A stretch of DNA of 64,000 nucleotides, from contig JAJRWI010000033.1 of assembly GCA_024276825.1 (NCBI GenBank), positions 64,001 through 128,000 of the forward strand, read 5' to 3'. The number at the start of each line of letters is the position of its first letter. Positions within the stretch are counted from its first letter, which is position 1. The notes beneath the pieces are model-generated. The model made no database searches and was not told the origin of the DNA. It worked only from the letters and a program-made list of their open reading frames with translations. The DNA comes from an archaeon. Its GTDB lineage: Archaea; Asgardarchaeota; Thorarchaeia; Thorarchaeales; Thorarchaeaceae. Both the position numbers and the translations under genes were made by a program. Of this stretch, positions 46,832-56,583 are shown piece after piece.

Positions 46832-48058
46832 TTACCGCTTGAACCTCATGAATGGCTGTTTCAACCACTTGAAGAACAACCTCAATGACCTCACTCTGAT
46901 CTCACATTCAATGTCATAGTCCTCGAATGTGTATTCTGCATCTCTGACAATTTGACTGGTCAAATCATCATGCTGCCAGTACTGATAATTATCGATGATC
47001 AAGTTGACAAGTTCTTCAACCATATCTGTTCTCTTCTGAAGCAGAAGTTTGAAACCTCTATTGAATTCCCTATAGTCATGCGATTTCTCATCCTGAAACA
47101 TGCCCCTAATGATGTCCATATTATCCCAGAAATGTATCAACAGATTCATTCCTGCGATTCTTTCGTTTATTCACGTTAAATCAAGAATCTTATCAATGAC
47201 TGAGATGCCCTGCATGGGATTACAAATGCATGCAGTACTTATTATCTCTCTACTACCCATTCGAAACAGAAAGAGGTCATCAAGAAGAAGATGCCTTACT
47301 TGGTTGATGAATCGCTCAATGTCATTCACTCCTCCCACCGATTAATATCTGAGTGCGAGAATCGCCAGCCATTTTTGTTCTAAAATCTCTGACTTTAAGA
47401 GTGTAGAAATTTGTGCCAGCAATGCACTCTCCTCATCGCGTCCGAGTTTCATAGCACTGATACAAGCATTAGTCCTCTTAGTAGCATCCTCCATCTGCTG
47501 AACAAGACCCACCTCATCATCCAAGGAATCACTATCCAGAGTGACTCTCTCCATGATGGTTTCGACTGATTCTGGCTTTATCACATTATCAGTGTCAATA
47601 TCAGATATCTCAACCTTACCTTTTACTCTCCTTGGCAGTGGGAGAAATCACTTGTGATGAAGTTGCTCATCCCTTAGAAACTTAAACACGTTGATATAAT
47701 CCCCAATCACCTGTGTTGATTTTGGAACAAACAATTGCTCATTTACTTCAAGAATGGCTTTATGAATTCTTTCAACATCAGAGGATGGATGAATCCAACT
47801 CATATTAAGAGAATTTTCCATTCCCCCATAATAATGAAAATATCTATGGTGAGCCGCCTGACAGAGGTCAATTGGGTTTGCATCCCAATTTGCGTCGAAT
47901 GTCAGGCCAATGACAGACCTGTGGTTAAGACACAATATCTCGACAATTGTCATCGGAATCGTTTTGAATTCTGAGAATATTAATCATTTGAAAAGAGGTA
48001 TGCCAATCAATCCTCATAAACTACGAATTTTCGACGATAGAGAGCGCGATACAGACGT
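46832..48058 (-). pseudogene. Decayed gene of roughly 400 codons read in one frame with in-frame stops
   Basis: Tracked ORFs 47648-47953, 47342-47584 and 46832-47149 share one frame, joined across TGA 47648-50, TAA 47342-44 and TGA 47171-73. Further TGAs at 47984-86 and 48014-16. The 5' limit is uncertain. Confidence 0.6.
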
Positions 48059-48252
48059 TTACTCCTATTCAGCGGGTATGAGTTTATATTACAGGAACAT
48101 TATTCCCCATTTATGAAGGCGACTCGGCAGTTTACTAGAATCTATCTCTCACGAATAAAGTCACGTTCAAGAGAGTATTTTGAGGAGGCAGAGGACGGGG
48201 CAACTTTCAACTCTGAAACTAAATCTTCAACCACATCTGATTGAAGCCTCTC

Positions 48253-48286
48253 TCCTTTATGAACTCTTTTGAAACATCATAAAGGA
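48253..48286. promoter_or_regulatory. Perfect 10-bp inverted repeat upstream of the acidic surface-protein gene (candidate operator)
   Basis: TCCTTTATGA-N14-TCATAAAGGA. Confidence 0.5.
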
Positions 48287-48392
48287 TATTTTTCTCATTG
48301 TAGCTTTTTCATCTCTCTTTATCACTGCATTTCAGTTCTCTTTGTAATGGTCATTATAAATGCAAAATGAGATGATTTCTTCAGGTGATAAC

Positions 48393-49655
48393 ATGAAACG
48401 AAAAGACTTGCTTATCAAGATGCTCGCAATATCAATGATGTTCTTGTTGATCTCATCTATTGCATCAGTCAGTGCTCAAGGGGATGACGATGATGACGAT
48501 GATGATAATGAGCCCGAACATAATGATAGCGAGGAGCATGAGCCTGACTATGAACGAGATGAAGATGGCACTGTTTGGATTCAGACCGATATAATGACAG
48601 TGAAACTAGACTCGGAATATCCTAAATATCAGTTCTGGTACACTCCTGATGAGAATGGCAGTATCACGAAGTTTCAGGTCAAATACACAATGTTGGTTGA
48701 ATTTGAAGATAGCAACGGTGATGGTGTATATCAGTTCAATGAAACAATAGCCTTTGTACCATTGACAATTTTTGACTGGACATTACAAGTCGGTTCCATA
48801 ACTGATGATCAGGGTCAAAACACAGAGGTTTACGCGTCTTATACAAAAGGCGCACTCCTTGATGAATGGGATGATGACTGGTTTGATGAGTGGCTTCCAG
48901 ACTCATTTAATGACATGGGTCTAGATCTCGCTGATGGTGATGACGATGATGACAACTCCACTGATGATGATCATCACGATACACAGGCCCTTAACTTCAC
49001 TCAATATGAATCAATGACTGTTCAGTTTTATGGACACATCTATCTCACTGATTACAATGGCACAGTCAGTGATGAGGAGGGCGTCCAAGCCAACTATACA
49101 ATTGATGGCGGAATGGAGTTTAAGATTGACATAGAGATTGGCAACTTCCCATTTCTTTCTAACACATCCAAAATTGCAATTCTAAACAGTCTTGATGAGG
49201 ACTTGTCTGAAGAAGATCACAAGATTAGACTTCATGAGAGCGATGAAGATGAAGAGCATGACTCGGATGAGGAATGGGATGATGACCTCGGAGTGGAATT
49301 TGACGAGTCAGATGACGATGAAATAGAAGAGTTGTCATTTGTGGACAGCTCAAATAATGTCACTCGAGGTTTCTACAGGTGGCTTGACAAAGCAGTCATG
49401 ACTCTCCCTAACAACAGCCAAATTGTAGTTGATGTTGCTGCTTCCTACTGGGTCGATGACTCCGAACTATACCTCTTCCTTGCATATCCGAACTTTGATG
49501 GAGGTTCTCTGATTCATGATCCATCAGTGAAACTACTGGAGTCAGCCATTCCGGAAGTTGCACAATCGTGGTCTCCTACACTCTCGAATGGAGTGCTTAT
49601 CGCATCGGGAATTATTGCTCTTGCAGCAATTGTCGTTGTGTTAAAACGGAGATAA
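48393..49655 (+). CDS. Secreted, extremely Asp/Glu-rich surface protein with C-terminal TM anchor
   Basis: Signal peptide ending SVSA, poly-D tracts, DSNGDG Ca-binding-like loop, many NxS/T sequons, C-terminal TM followed by KRR; GGTGA SD. Confidence 0.85.
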   Translation: MKRKDLLIKMLAISMMFLLISSIASVSAQGDDDDDDDDNEPEHNDSEEHEPDYERDEDGTVWIQTDIMTVKLDSEYPKYQFWYTPDENGSITKFQVKYTMLVEFEDSNGDGVYQFNETIAFVPLTIFDWTLQVGSITDDQGQNTEVYASYTKGALLDEWDDDWFDEWLPDSFNDMGLDLADGDDDDDNSTDDDHHDTQALNFTQYESMTVQFYGHIYLTDYNGTVSDEEGVQANYTIDGGMEFKIDIEIGNFPFLSNTSKIAILNSLDEDLSEEDHKIRLHESDEDEEHDSDEEWDDDLGVEFDESDDDEIEELSFVDSSNNVTRGFYRWLDKAVMTLPNNSQIVVDVAASYWVDDSELYLFLAYPNFDGGSLIHDPSVKLLESAIPEVAQSWSPTLSNGVLIASGIIALAAIVVVLKRR

Positions 49656-49662
49656 TTCTCCC

Positions 49663-49694
49663 GCAGGGGCAGCTATGCCCCTGCATCCCTTTTT
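49663..49694 (+). terminator. GC-rich hairpin plus T-run terminator
   Basis: GCAGGGGCA-GCTA-TGCCCCTGC followed by ATCCCTTTTT, 8 nt after the stop. Confidence 0.75.
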
Positions 49695-49749
49695 CTACTA
49701 CCACATATGAATTGTTTTAAACCAAGAATATGAAAAAGATAAGAACAAA

Positions 49750-50748
49750 GTGAGAAGTATGGAGCCCAAATACATTCTACTGCTAAGCTTGATTGCTCTC
49801 CTCATATCTGCTGGACCCCCATATGACATTATAGCCCAAGACACAGATGACATTGTGTTTGAAGACACCAAGATCCAACTGGTCCTTCATGTTAACGGCA
49901 CTACCATCATCAATTTCAAGACTCTAGTAAAGAACTCGGGATTGCAGCCCATCTCCACACTCACAATAAGGGTCGATGTAAGATCACTAATAATGATCAA
50001 TGCCGCCTTTAATGACAAGCCTGTTGAAGCTTCAATTGTCAATGCTGACAGATATTCAATGATCAGTATTACCTTGTCTGAAATTCTTGCATCAAATGAA
50101 ACTGGTTCTCTTGAGATAGATCTATCTACAAGAGATATTCAGGAAGAATACAGCCTAGACTATGAGCGCTCCTTATCACTTCAACATATCATCTTCTACA
50201 TTCGCCCAACGCATCTGATTCAACATCTATCAGTTTCTATTGCATTACCTCCTCATGCAGTTCTTGACACTCAGAGTTCATCGTTAATATATCCTACTCC
50301 TTCCCAAAACCACACTGACGGCACTCGAATGGTATTTACTTGGGACTCTGGGCCGATATTTCCCGGTCAAGAGTCTGTGTTCATTGTGAAATTTGGTCTA
50401 CCAATAACAAATCTCGATGCAAACACTAGCACTAACTCGTTAATCTTGCCTCTTAGCATCACTTTCATACTTGGAGCTCTCTCATTCATAATTACACAAA
50501 GGCTCCACCAGTTCATCAAATCTCTGAAGATGAAACCAATACACAGTCTTCCACTCAGCAAGCAGGATAAGATGGTACTTGAATTCATAATCAAGAAGGG
50601 AGGTTCTTGTTCACAACGAGTGATTTACGAAGAACTGGACATGTCGCAATCGATGACAAGCATGATTCTCTCGAGCCTAGAAGAACGTGGCCTTATCAGA
50701 CGGCTTAGAGAAGGGCGAATGAATATGGTCCATATCATTGAAGAATAA
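49750..50748 (+). CDS. Membrane-spanning regulator: signal peptide, extracellular beta domain, TM, cytoplasmic winged HTH
   Basis: N-terminal hydrophobic leader, TM around residues 230-250, C-terminal LSKQDKMVLEFI..GG.CSQRVIYEELDMSQSMTSMILSSLEERGLIRR. Confidence 0.8.
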   Translation: MRSMEPKYILLLSLIALLISAGPPYDIIAQDTDDIVFEDTKIQLVLHVNGTTIINFKTLVKNSGLQPISTLTIRVDVRSLIMINAAFNDKPVEASIVNADRYSMISITLSEILASNETGSLEIDLSTRDIQEEYSLDYERSLSLQHIIFYIRPTHLIQHLSVSIALPPHAVLDTQSSSLIYPTPSQNHTDGTRMVFTWDSGPIFPGQESVFIVKFGLPITNLDANTSTNSLILPLSITFILGALSFIITQRLHQFIKSLKMKPIHSLPLSKQDKMVLEFIIKKGGSCSQRVIYEELDMSQSMTSMILSSLEERGLIRRLREGRMNMVHIIEE

Positions 50749-50758
50749 ACCCAGATAA

Positions 50759-51673
50759 CTATGTCTTCAGGCCAAGCCGTTCCCAGTTGGGTTCGCTCTT
50801 CCTCTGCATGTACTGCAGATGTGTTGACAGTCCGAACTCCTCAGGCTCATGACCAAAAGCAAGTGCAAGTAACTCCACAACATGCAATATATCAAACTGG
50901 TAATCCAGATCAAAATGCTTCTTTATCTCTACCTGTCCAAGGTCCAGTTGTAACTCACAGAATGGGCATGGTGTCACAATAATATCTGCGCCACCTGCCT
51001 CCAATAGACTATTGAACTTCTGTTTTGTGAAGTCCAACGCGACCTTTACATCTGCAGTCCTCACAGCGCCTCCTGCACCACAGCAGATGAGTTCATCCTT
51101 ATATGGAACATATGTTGCACCTGAAGTCTCGCATAACTCTCTGAAAATGTGAGGTCTCTCAGAATTGTCCTTCTGCTTTAAAGCCGCTGGACGCATCCAG
51201 TGGCAGCCTGGGTGCAATGCCATTCTTACGCCGGTCAGTGGTCGTGTGACATGCTTACGAATCTTCTCAAGACCCGCAATTGAATAGAGGGCGTCAACAT
51301 AATGAGTGACCTCTATACTCCCCTTGAACTCACGATTGATCTCAGCAAGATTATCATTAACAGTCTTCATCAATTCCTCATCATGCTTCAACTCGTGATT
51401 GGCATCCCAGAGACTTGCAAAGCAACCGTTGCATCCAGTGGTAATCGGGTGCCCTCCTGCTTCTGCGATTGTCAGGTTTCTAGCGGCAATTGTTGCCCAT
51501 GTGACCCTGTCAAAAGAACCAAACACTCCTGGTGCGGGACAGCAACTTGCACCCTCCATGTCAAGAAGTTCTAAACCAAGATCTTCAAACACAATACGAG
51601 CGGCCTTCTCAATGCTAGGATATCTATGTGGAATGATGCAACCAAGAAAATGGTAGAACTTGTGCTTTGCCAT
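50759..51673 (-). CDS. hdrB: Heterodisulfide reductase subunit B (copy 2, methanogen-like CCPAPG)
   Basis: FLGCIIPHRYP, GASCCPAPGVFGS, CNGC, HPGCH, CCGAGG, CPFC. Confidence 0.94.
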   Translation of the reverse strand: MAKHKFYHFLGCIIPHRYPSIEKAARIVFEDLGLELLDMEGASCCPAPGVFGSFDRVTWATIAARNLTIAEAGGHPITTGCNGCFASLWDANHELKHDEELMKTVNDNLAEINREFKGSIEVTHYVDALYSIAGLEKIRKHVTRPLTGVRMALHPGCHWMRPAALKQKDNSERPHIFRELCETSGATYVPYKDELICCGAGGAVRTADVKVALDFTKQKFNSLLEAGGADIIVTPCPFCELQLDLGQVEIKKHFDLDYQFDILHVVELLALAFGHEPEEFGLSTHLQYMQRKSEPNWERLGLKT

Positions 51674-51675
51674 AT

Positions 51676-52218
51676 CTATTCCTCCTTTGGTGCGATGAGC
51701 TTGTCGAAGCCGCTCTTCTTGGCCAACTTCCTTATCTCCTCAATTGTCTCATGATATCTGCTTGCATTTGGTGGTACTGGCTCAAGACCGACTTTTTCTC
51801 TAAGTTTCTGCCATGACTCTTTATCAAGTGGTACTGCATGACCGGCTTCAAGGACTTTCAGTGCTACACTCTGGTGTGGCTTTAACATATGGCCCTCTGC
51901 AACAGCAATGTTTCTGATGGCCTTGATAACATCCGTAGGCTTGACATCCTGTGGACATCTGTCAGTGCAGGTATAACAAGTAGTACAGTACCAGAGTTCT
52001 GGGGCTGATATACACTCTTCCTTCAGACCAAGTAATGCCTTTCGAATGATGAGTCTGACAAGATAGTTGGTTCTGGCACCAGCAGGACAACTCCCGCTAC
52101 AGGTCCCACACTGATAACACGATTGAATATTGGGACCACCAACACGTTTTATCATCTCCACAAATTCCCTGTCTGTGGAGTCTATATCTATTGTAGACCT
52201 GTCTTCTGCACTTGCCAC
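51676..52218 (-). CDS. hdrC: Heterodisulfide reductase subunit C (copy 2)
   Basis: CYQCGTCSGSCP; WYCTTCYTCTDRCP; GHAVP. Start uncertain. Confidence 0.93.
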   Translation of the reverse strand: MASAEDRSTIDIDSTDREFVEMIKRVGGPNIQSCYQCGTCSGSCPAGARTNYLVRLIIRKALLGLKEECISAPELWYCTTCYTCTDRCPQDVKPTDVIKAIRNIAVAEGHMLKPHQSVALKVLEAGHAVPLDKESWQKLREKVGLEPVPPNASRYHETIEEIRKLAKKSGFDKLIAPKEE

Positions 52219-52314
52219 GATGTCCACCGACTGTGGATTGCACACAGAATTTCAGCCTTAAATTCATTGCCAATTGGCACAATATTCATCAGAACAAATT
52301 ACCCTAATTATTCA

Positions 52315-53385
52315 ATGAGATGTGCATTTCATCCCAACCGCCTTACATCGCGAGCAATTGGTGTATGCTCTGAATGCCTGAGTTCCAATCCGTCCAGCAT
52401 GAATCAATCTCTTGAAACTCACAGGCGACTGAGAGCACGACTGGGCCTTGTTGAAACTATACATGGTCATGGACAGATTGTATGCTCCGAATGCGGAAAC
52501 CATTGCAGACTCAATAATGGTGATGTTGGCTTCTGTAATCTGCGAATCGCTAAGAATGGCATAATTGAGGAACGCTTCAAGGAAAAGGCAATAGTTTCAT
52601 ATTACTATGATCCGCTGCCTACAAACTGTGTGGCTGACTGGGTGTGTCCATGTAAGACCGATGGACTACTTGATAGCAACCATCGTTTCAATAACTTGGC
52701 TGTGTTTTATGGTTCCTGTAATTCTGACTGTCTGTTTTGTCAGAATGCGAGTTATCGTGACATGATGGCTAAAGGGAGGTCTCTCATGACCCCTCATGCA
52801 CTTGCAGAGGCTGCTAATGAAAGGACTGCCTGTGTCTGCTTCTTTGGTGGGGATCCATCCTGTAATGCTGCCCATTCGATTGCAGTGTCCGAGTTCCTCA
52901 TTCACCATGGAATAAAGGTCTGTTATGAAACCAATGGAATAATCTCACGAAAATGGTTAAAGATAATGGCAGATGTAGTCATCAGGAGTGGAGGCACATT
53001 CAAGATTGATCTGAAGGCTTATTCTTCAAACATATACAAGGCATTGACAGGAGTTTCAAATACTGTTGTCTTGAATAATTTTCGAAGACTTGCAAAGATT
53101 GGTAGGGGACTGAATCATACATTTCTGGTGGCAAGCATTCTACTAATACCCGAGTATGTGTCTGTTGATGAGGTGCAGCGTCTCTGTGAGTTCATTGCAT
53201 ACTGCGACCCTACAATTCCAACTGCACTACTCGGTTTTGCTCCTCATCTTGCCATGTCCGATTTACCACGGACTAGTCGTGCACATGCATTCAGAGCCAA
53301 GGAGGTTGCTGAAGAGGCTGGACTTGAAAATGTGCGTATTGGCAACCTTGCTCTTCTGTCGAAGGCGGACTATGTGTTTGAATAG
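52315..53385 (+). CDS. Radical SAM protein (PflA/glycyl-radical-activase-like family) with Cys-rich N-terminus
   Basis: CNSDCLFCQN, FFGGDP, ETNG, KIDLKA; N-terminal CSEC and CSECGNHC..GFC. Confidence 0.88.
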   Translation: MRCAFHPNRLTSRAIGVCSECLSSNPSSMNQSLETHRRLRARLGLVETIHGHGQIVCSECGNHCRLNNGDVGFCNLRIAKNGIIEERFKEKAIVSYYYDPLPTNCVADWVCPCKTDGLLDSNHRFNNLAVFYGSCNSDCLFCQNASYRDMMAKGRSLMTPHALAEAANERTACVCFFGGDPSCNAAHSIAVSEFLIHHGIKVCYETNGIISRKWLKIMADVVIRSGGTFKIDLKAYSSNIYKALTGVSNTVVLNNFRRLAKIGRGLNHTFLVASILLIPEYVSVDEVQRLCEFIAYCDPTIPTALLGFAPHLAMSDLPRTSRAHAFRAKEVAEEAGLENVRIGNLALLSKADYVFE

Positions 53386-53469
53386 AAACAAATTAATTCA
53401 AACCACTCATGCTACATCCACCAGTCTTATATTTGAATCTAAGTGGCAACCAGTCATAGAGGTCTTTTG

Positions 53470-54021
53470 ATGAGCGACCCGATAATCCGTGAAATAATAG
53501 ACTCTGAGGAAATAGACCCCGAGTTTGTAGACCTGCTGGTTGAGGCTGGAGCTGATCGCATACGGACATGCATTCAATGTGGTACATGTTCAAGTGTCTG
53601 CCCAAGTGGCAGGCGCACTGCGTTCAGAACAAGGGAGCTTATGCGAAAGGCCATTCTGGGGCTGAAGGACGAGGTATTGTCTAGTCCTGATCTCTGGCTC
53701 TGTGCCACATGTCTGACCTGTCTTGAGAGGTGTCCTAGACAGATCAAGACTACAGATGCAATTATCATTTTAAGAAACATTGCTGTTGCACAGGGCTATA
53801 TGCTTCCACAACATCGAAAGGCATCGATGAAGCTACTTGAAACAGGACATGCAGTTCCGATTGATGAGGCAAATATGAAGAAGCGGAAAGACTTGGGCCT
53901 AAAGGAAATACCGCCCACAGTACACTCGCATAAGAAGTCACTCAAAGAAGTTCAGAAGATAATGAAAAAGACAGGCTTCAAGGCTCTCATTGAGGGTACA
54001 AGTAAGGGGGCTCAACAATGA
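53470..54021 (+). CDS. hdrC: Heterodisulfide reductase subunit C (copy 3)
   Basis: CIQCGTCSSVCPSG; WLCATCLTCLERCP; TGHAVP. Confidence 0.93.
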   Translation: MSDPIIREIIDSEEIDPEFVDLLVEAGADRIRTCIQCGTCSSVCPSGRRTAFRTRELMRKAILGLKDEVLSSPDLWLCATCLTCLERCPRQIKTTDAIIILRNIAVAQGYMLPQHRKASMKLLETGHAVPIDEANMKKRKDLGLKEIPPTVHSHKKSLKEVQKIMKKTGFKALIEGTSKGAQQ

Positions 54022-54914
54022 CTGAAACGCAGCGATATTCCTTCTTCCTTGGGTGCGTGATGCCCAACCGTTTTCCAAACCTTGAGAAGTCCATTCGTGT
54101 TGTGCTTCCCAAACTCGGGATTGAGTTGGAGGACTTGAAGGGGGCAAGCTGTTGTCCTGCACCTGGTGTCATCAGGTCGTTCAGTGAACCGACATGGCTT
54201 GCACTGGCCTCCCGAAATCTAGCGCTTGCTGAGAAGGCAGGTCTTGACATAGTCACTGGATGCAACGGGTGCTATGGGACATTCAAAGAGGCATTACATG
54301 TCGTCCATGAACACCCTCAACGGCTCAAGGAAGTCCAACATATACTTGGCGACATTGGCCTTAATTACGAGGCAAAGACTGATGCCAAACATATAATTGA
54401 GATAATCTTTGAGATTGGCCCTGAAAAGATCAAGGAGCTTGTTGTTCGACCACTGACTGGCCTGAAGATTGCAGTTCATTATGGATGCCATCTACTCAAG
54501 CCCAGTGTTCTTAGGCCATGGAAAAAGACACAACGTCCTACTTTTCTTGATGAACTTGTTGAGGCAACTGGAGCAACAAGCATACGCTATAAAGACAAGT
54601 TCTTGTGCTGTGGTGCTGGCGGTGGGGTGCGTGGGAGCAATGTACCAGTTTCAATCGATATTGCAAGGGAGAAGCTTGACAATGCCATTAATGCTCAGGC
54701 TGATGCAATACTCAATGTCTGTTCATTCTGTCATTTGCAATATGAAACCGCCCAAGTACAAATAAACAAAGAGATAGGTGAGATGAAATATAGGCTGCCA
54801 GTGATATACTACACTCAACTACTTGGACTAGCGTTAGGACTTGAACCTGATGAACTCGGTCTAAACAAGCATCTCATTAGTGTTGACTCAGTATTGAACA
54901 AAGTGCTTGGCTAA
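54018..54914 (+). CDS. hdrB: Heterodisulfide reductase subunit B (copy 3, methanogen-like CCPAPG)
   Basis: FLGCVMPNRFP, CCPAPG, CNGC, HYGCH, CCGAGGGVR, CSFC. Confidence 0.94.
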   Translation: MTETQRYSFFLGCVMPNRFPNLEKSIRVVLPKLGIELEDLKGASCCPAPGVIRSFSEPTWLALASRNLALAEKAGLDIVTGCNGCYGTFKEALHVVHEHPQRLKEVQHILGDIGLNYEAKTDAKHIIEIIFEIGPEKIKELVVRPLTGLKIAVHYGCHLLKPSVLRPWKKTQRPTFLDELVEATGATSIRYKDKFLCCGAGGGVRGSNVPVSIDIAREKLDNAINAQADAILNVCSFCHLQYETAQVQINKEIGEMKYRLPVIYYTQLLGLALGLEPDELGLNKHLISVDSVLNKVLG

Positions 54915-54930
54915 TATACTGCAATCACCA

Positions 54931-55839
54931 TCACTTCTTTGCAATGTAATATACGAGGACTGCAAAGAATGCACTGATTATTATCGATGCTGAAATGAAT
55001 AGTGCCGGACGGACGTCTGTTGTTGCACCCGTTGTATTTGTCAGTGTCATTGTTGTTGTGGTTTCAGTTGTAGGCGTTGTTGGAATTATGTCACCGGCAG
55101 TGAACTCAGGAGATTTGTCATAACTGGTATAGATGCCATCAGACACCCTGACCTCAATAATGTAATCATTTTTTCTAATGAATTCCGAGCAGTCCCACTC
55201 ATACCACATCTCGGTCAGTCCGGCAGCTAACAGGTTGAAAGTATACCCTCCATCACTCGATAGCAGGACCTCAAAAGTGAGGGTTTCCTCAGTATTATTG
55301 TCCCATGCAAGCCATGTTATGTTATTACGACCTGTCCACACATCATCAGATTTTGGAGTGATTATGGACACATGGGGTTTGAAAAAGTTCCCAAGGAACA
55401 CATTCTCAAAAGTATTGATAATGATGGATCCATTGGCCAGCCATGCTGTGACATTGATCAGGCAAGTACCATTATTGCCAAGACTTCGTGTGTCAATCTC
55501 GATAGTGGATGCATTTGCCTCATTGAATATCACATTATTAATTGCGGTTAAATTCACTTCAATTCGTGTTCGATTGACAAGACCCTTTGGGTAAAAGGTT
55601 GCATTTAATGTGATGTGGTCTCCCTCAATCTTTTGATTCGAATGGACTGGGACCTTGGTACTATTCCAGTTTGAATAGTATGTCAGATTAAGTTTAGGTG
55701 TGTCCGCTGATATTGAATGGCCCCGATTAAGTGGGACTGATGATATCACGACCGTTGGCAATTGCGTTGAAGAATAGGGCTGCAGCATGATGACTACAAA
55801 TAATGTCAATAATAGGGCCTTCGGCAATTTTCTCAGCAT
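54931..55839 (-). CDS. Cell-surface glycoprotein (Ig/FN3-like domain, Thr-rich linker, C-terminal TM)
   Basis: Signal-like N-terminus, many NxT/S sequons, NITW..D...LTFEVLLSSDGG, TTPTTETTTT, TM followed by KK. Confidence 0.8.
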   Translation of the reverse strand: MLRKLPKALLLTLFVVIMLQPYSSTQLPTVVISSVPLNRGHSISADTPKLNLTYYSNWNSTKVPVHSNQKIEGDHITLNATFYPKGLVNRTRIEVNLTAINNVIFNEANASTIEIDTRSLGNNGTCLINVTAWLANGSIIINTFENVFLGNFFKPHVSIITPKSDDVWTGRNNITWLAWDNNTEETLTFEVLLSSDGGYTFNLLAAGLTEMWYEWDCSEFIRKNDYIIEVRVSDGIYTSYDKSPEFTAGDIIPTTPTTETTTTMTLTNTTGATTDVRPALFISASIIISAFFAVLVYYIAKK

Positions 55840-55909
55840 TATTAGTACACCATGCATATTAGCAATACACGAGTCTTCTGAACAAGAGTTTTTAGTTCTA
55901 TTCATAGAA

Positions 55910-56377
55910 CTAGTCCTCCTCTGGGAATGGCTGTTCACGCCATATTCTGAATGCCTCATACCACAGGACAATACAGACTGAAATCAACAGTGCAATCAAC
56001 ACAACAGAATACCAGTTCAGAAACATCCATAGCATTGTTGCAAAGGCCGCAGTCAGCGATGAATAGAATGTTGCATAGAACAGGAACCTTGGTACCATTA
56101 GTCGACCGCGTCCGATGAATAGTTTAAGAAGTCCTATCCGGACATCTCTCTTCACTGTGTATTGCCCGTGGATGTCCTTCTCGACAAGTCCAAATTGACG
56201 AAGCCTTTCCAAATGATGCATTGAGAGTGAAGGGCTGGATAGATCTGTCCCTCTTTGAATCTCCCTTGCCGTCATGGGTTCTGGATGGCGCAGCATGAAC
56301 CAATAGACATGGAGGGTCTTGCCCTTCAACTGTTTCGCCAGTTCATCCTCGGAAAGCTCATCACCTGACAATGACAT
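55910..56377 (-). CDS. N-terminal winged-HTH regulator with two C-terminal TM helices
   Basis: LKGKTLHVYW...MTAREIQRGTDLSSPSLSMHHLERL...GLVEK; PRFLFYA followed by 2 TMs. Confidence 0.85.
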   Translation of the reverse strand: MSLSGDELSEDELAKQLKGKTLHVYWFMLRHPEPMTAREIQRGTDLSSPSLSMHHLERLRQFGLVEKDIHGQYTVKRDVRIGLLKLFIGRGRLMVPRFLFYATFYSSLTAAFATMLWMFLNWYSVVLIALLISVCIVLWYEAFRIWREQPFPEED

Positions 56378-56501
56378 TGGCTCCCTATTCACGCAATCGC
56401 TTGCATACTTGCAATCATTTGTTCTTATAATGAATTCTGGTTGATTGATTTTATCCTTCAAGGCAAGGCTAAAATAGCATAGTATCTCGCCAATGTCCAG
56501 C

Positions 56502-56531
56502 CAACAATGTCATATAGTAGTGACATCGTTG
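56502..56531. promoter_or_regulatory. Imperfect palindrome in the divergent wHTH/kor intergenic region
   Basis: CAACAATGTCA-N8-TGACATCGTTG (10/11); a second small inverted repeat CTGAGA-N5-TCTCAG lies at 56547-56563. Confidence 0.5.
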
Positions 56532-56583
56532 ACAACATTGTAATGACTGAGACATAATCTCAGACTCCACGGGGAACTCAGTT

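Noticed and set aside
47910-48116. 68-aa plus-strand ORF and other small ORFs opposite the pseudogene
   Set aside because: No motifs or clear SD; better explained as antisense to the decayed minus-strand frame.
48480-49330. GAT/GAC trinucleotide runs as CRISPR or DNA tandem repeats
   Set aside because: They are coding poly-Asp tracts with synonymous variation and have no repeat-spacer structure.
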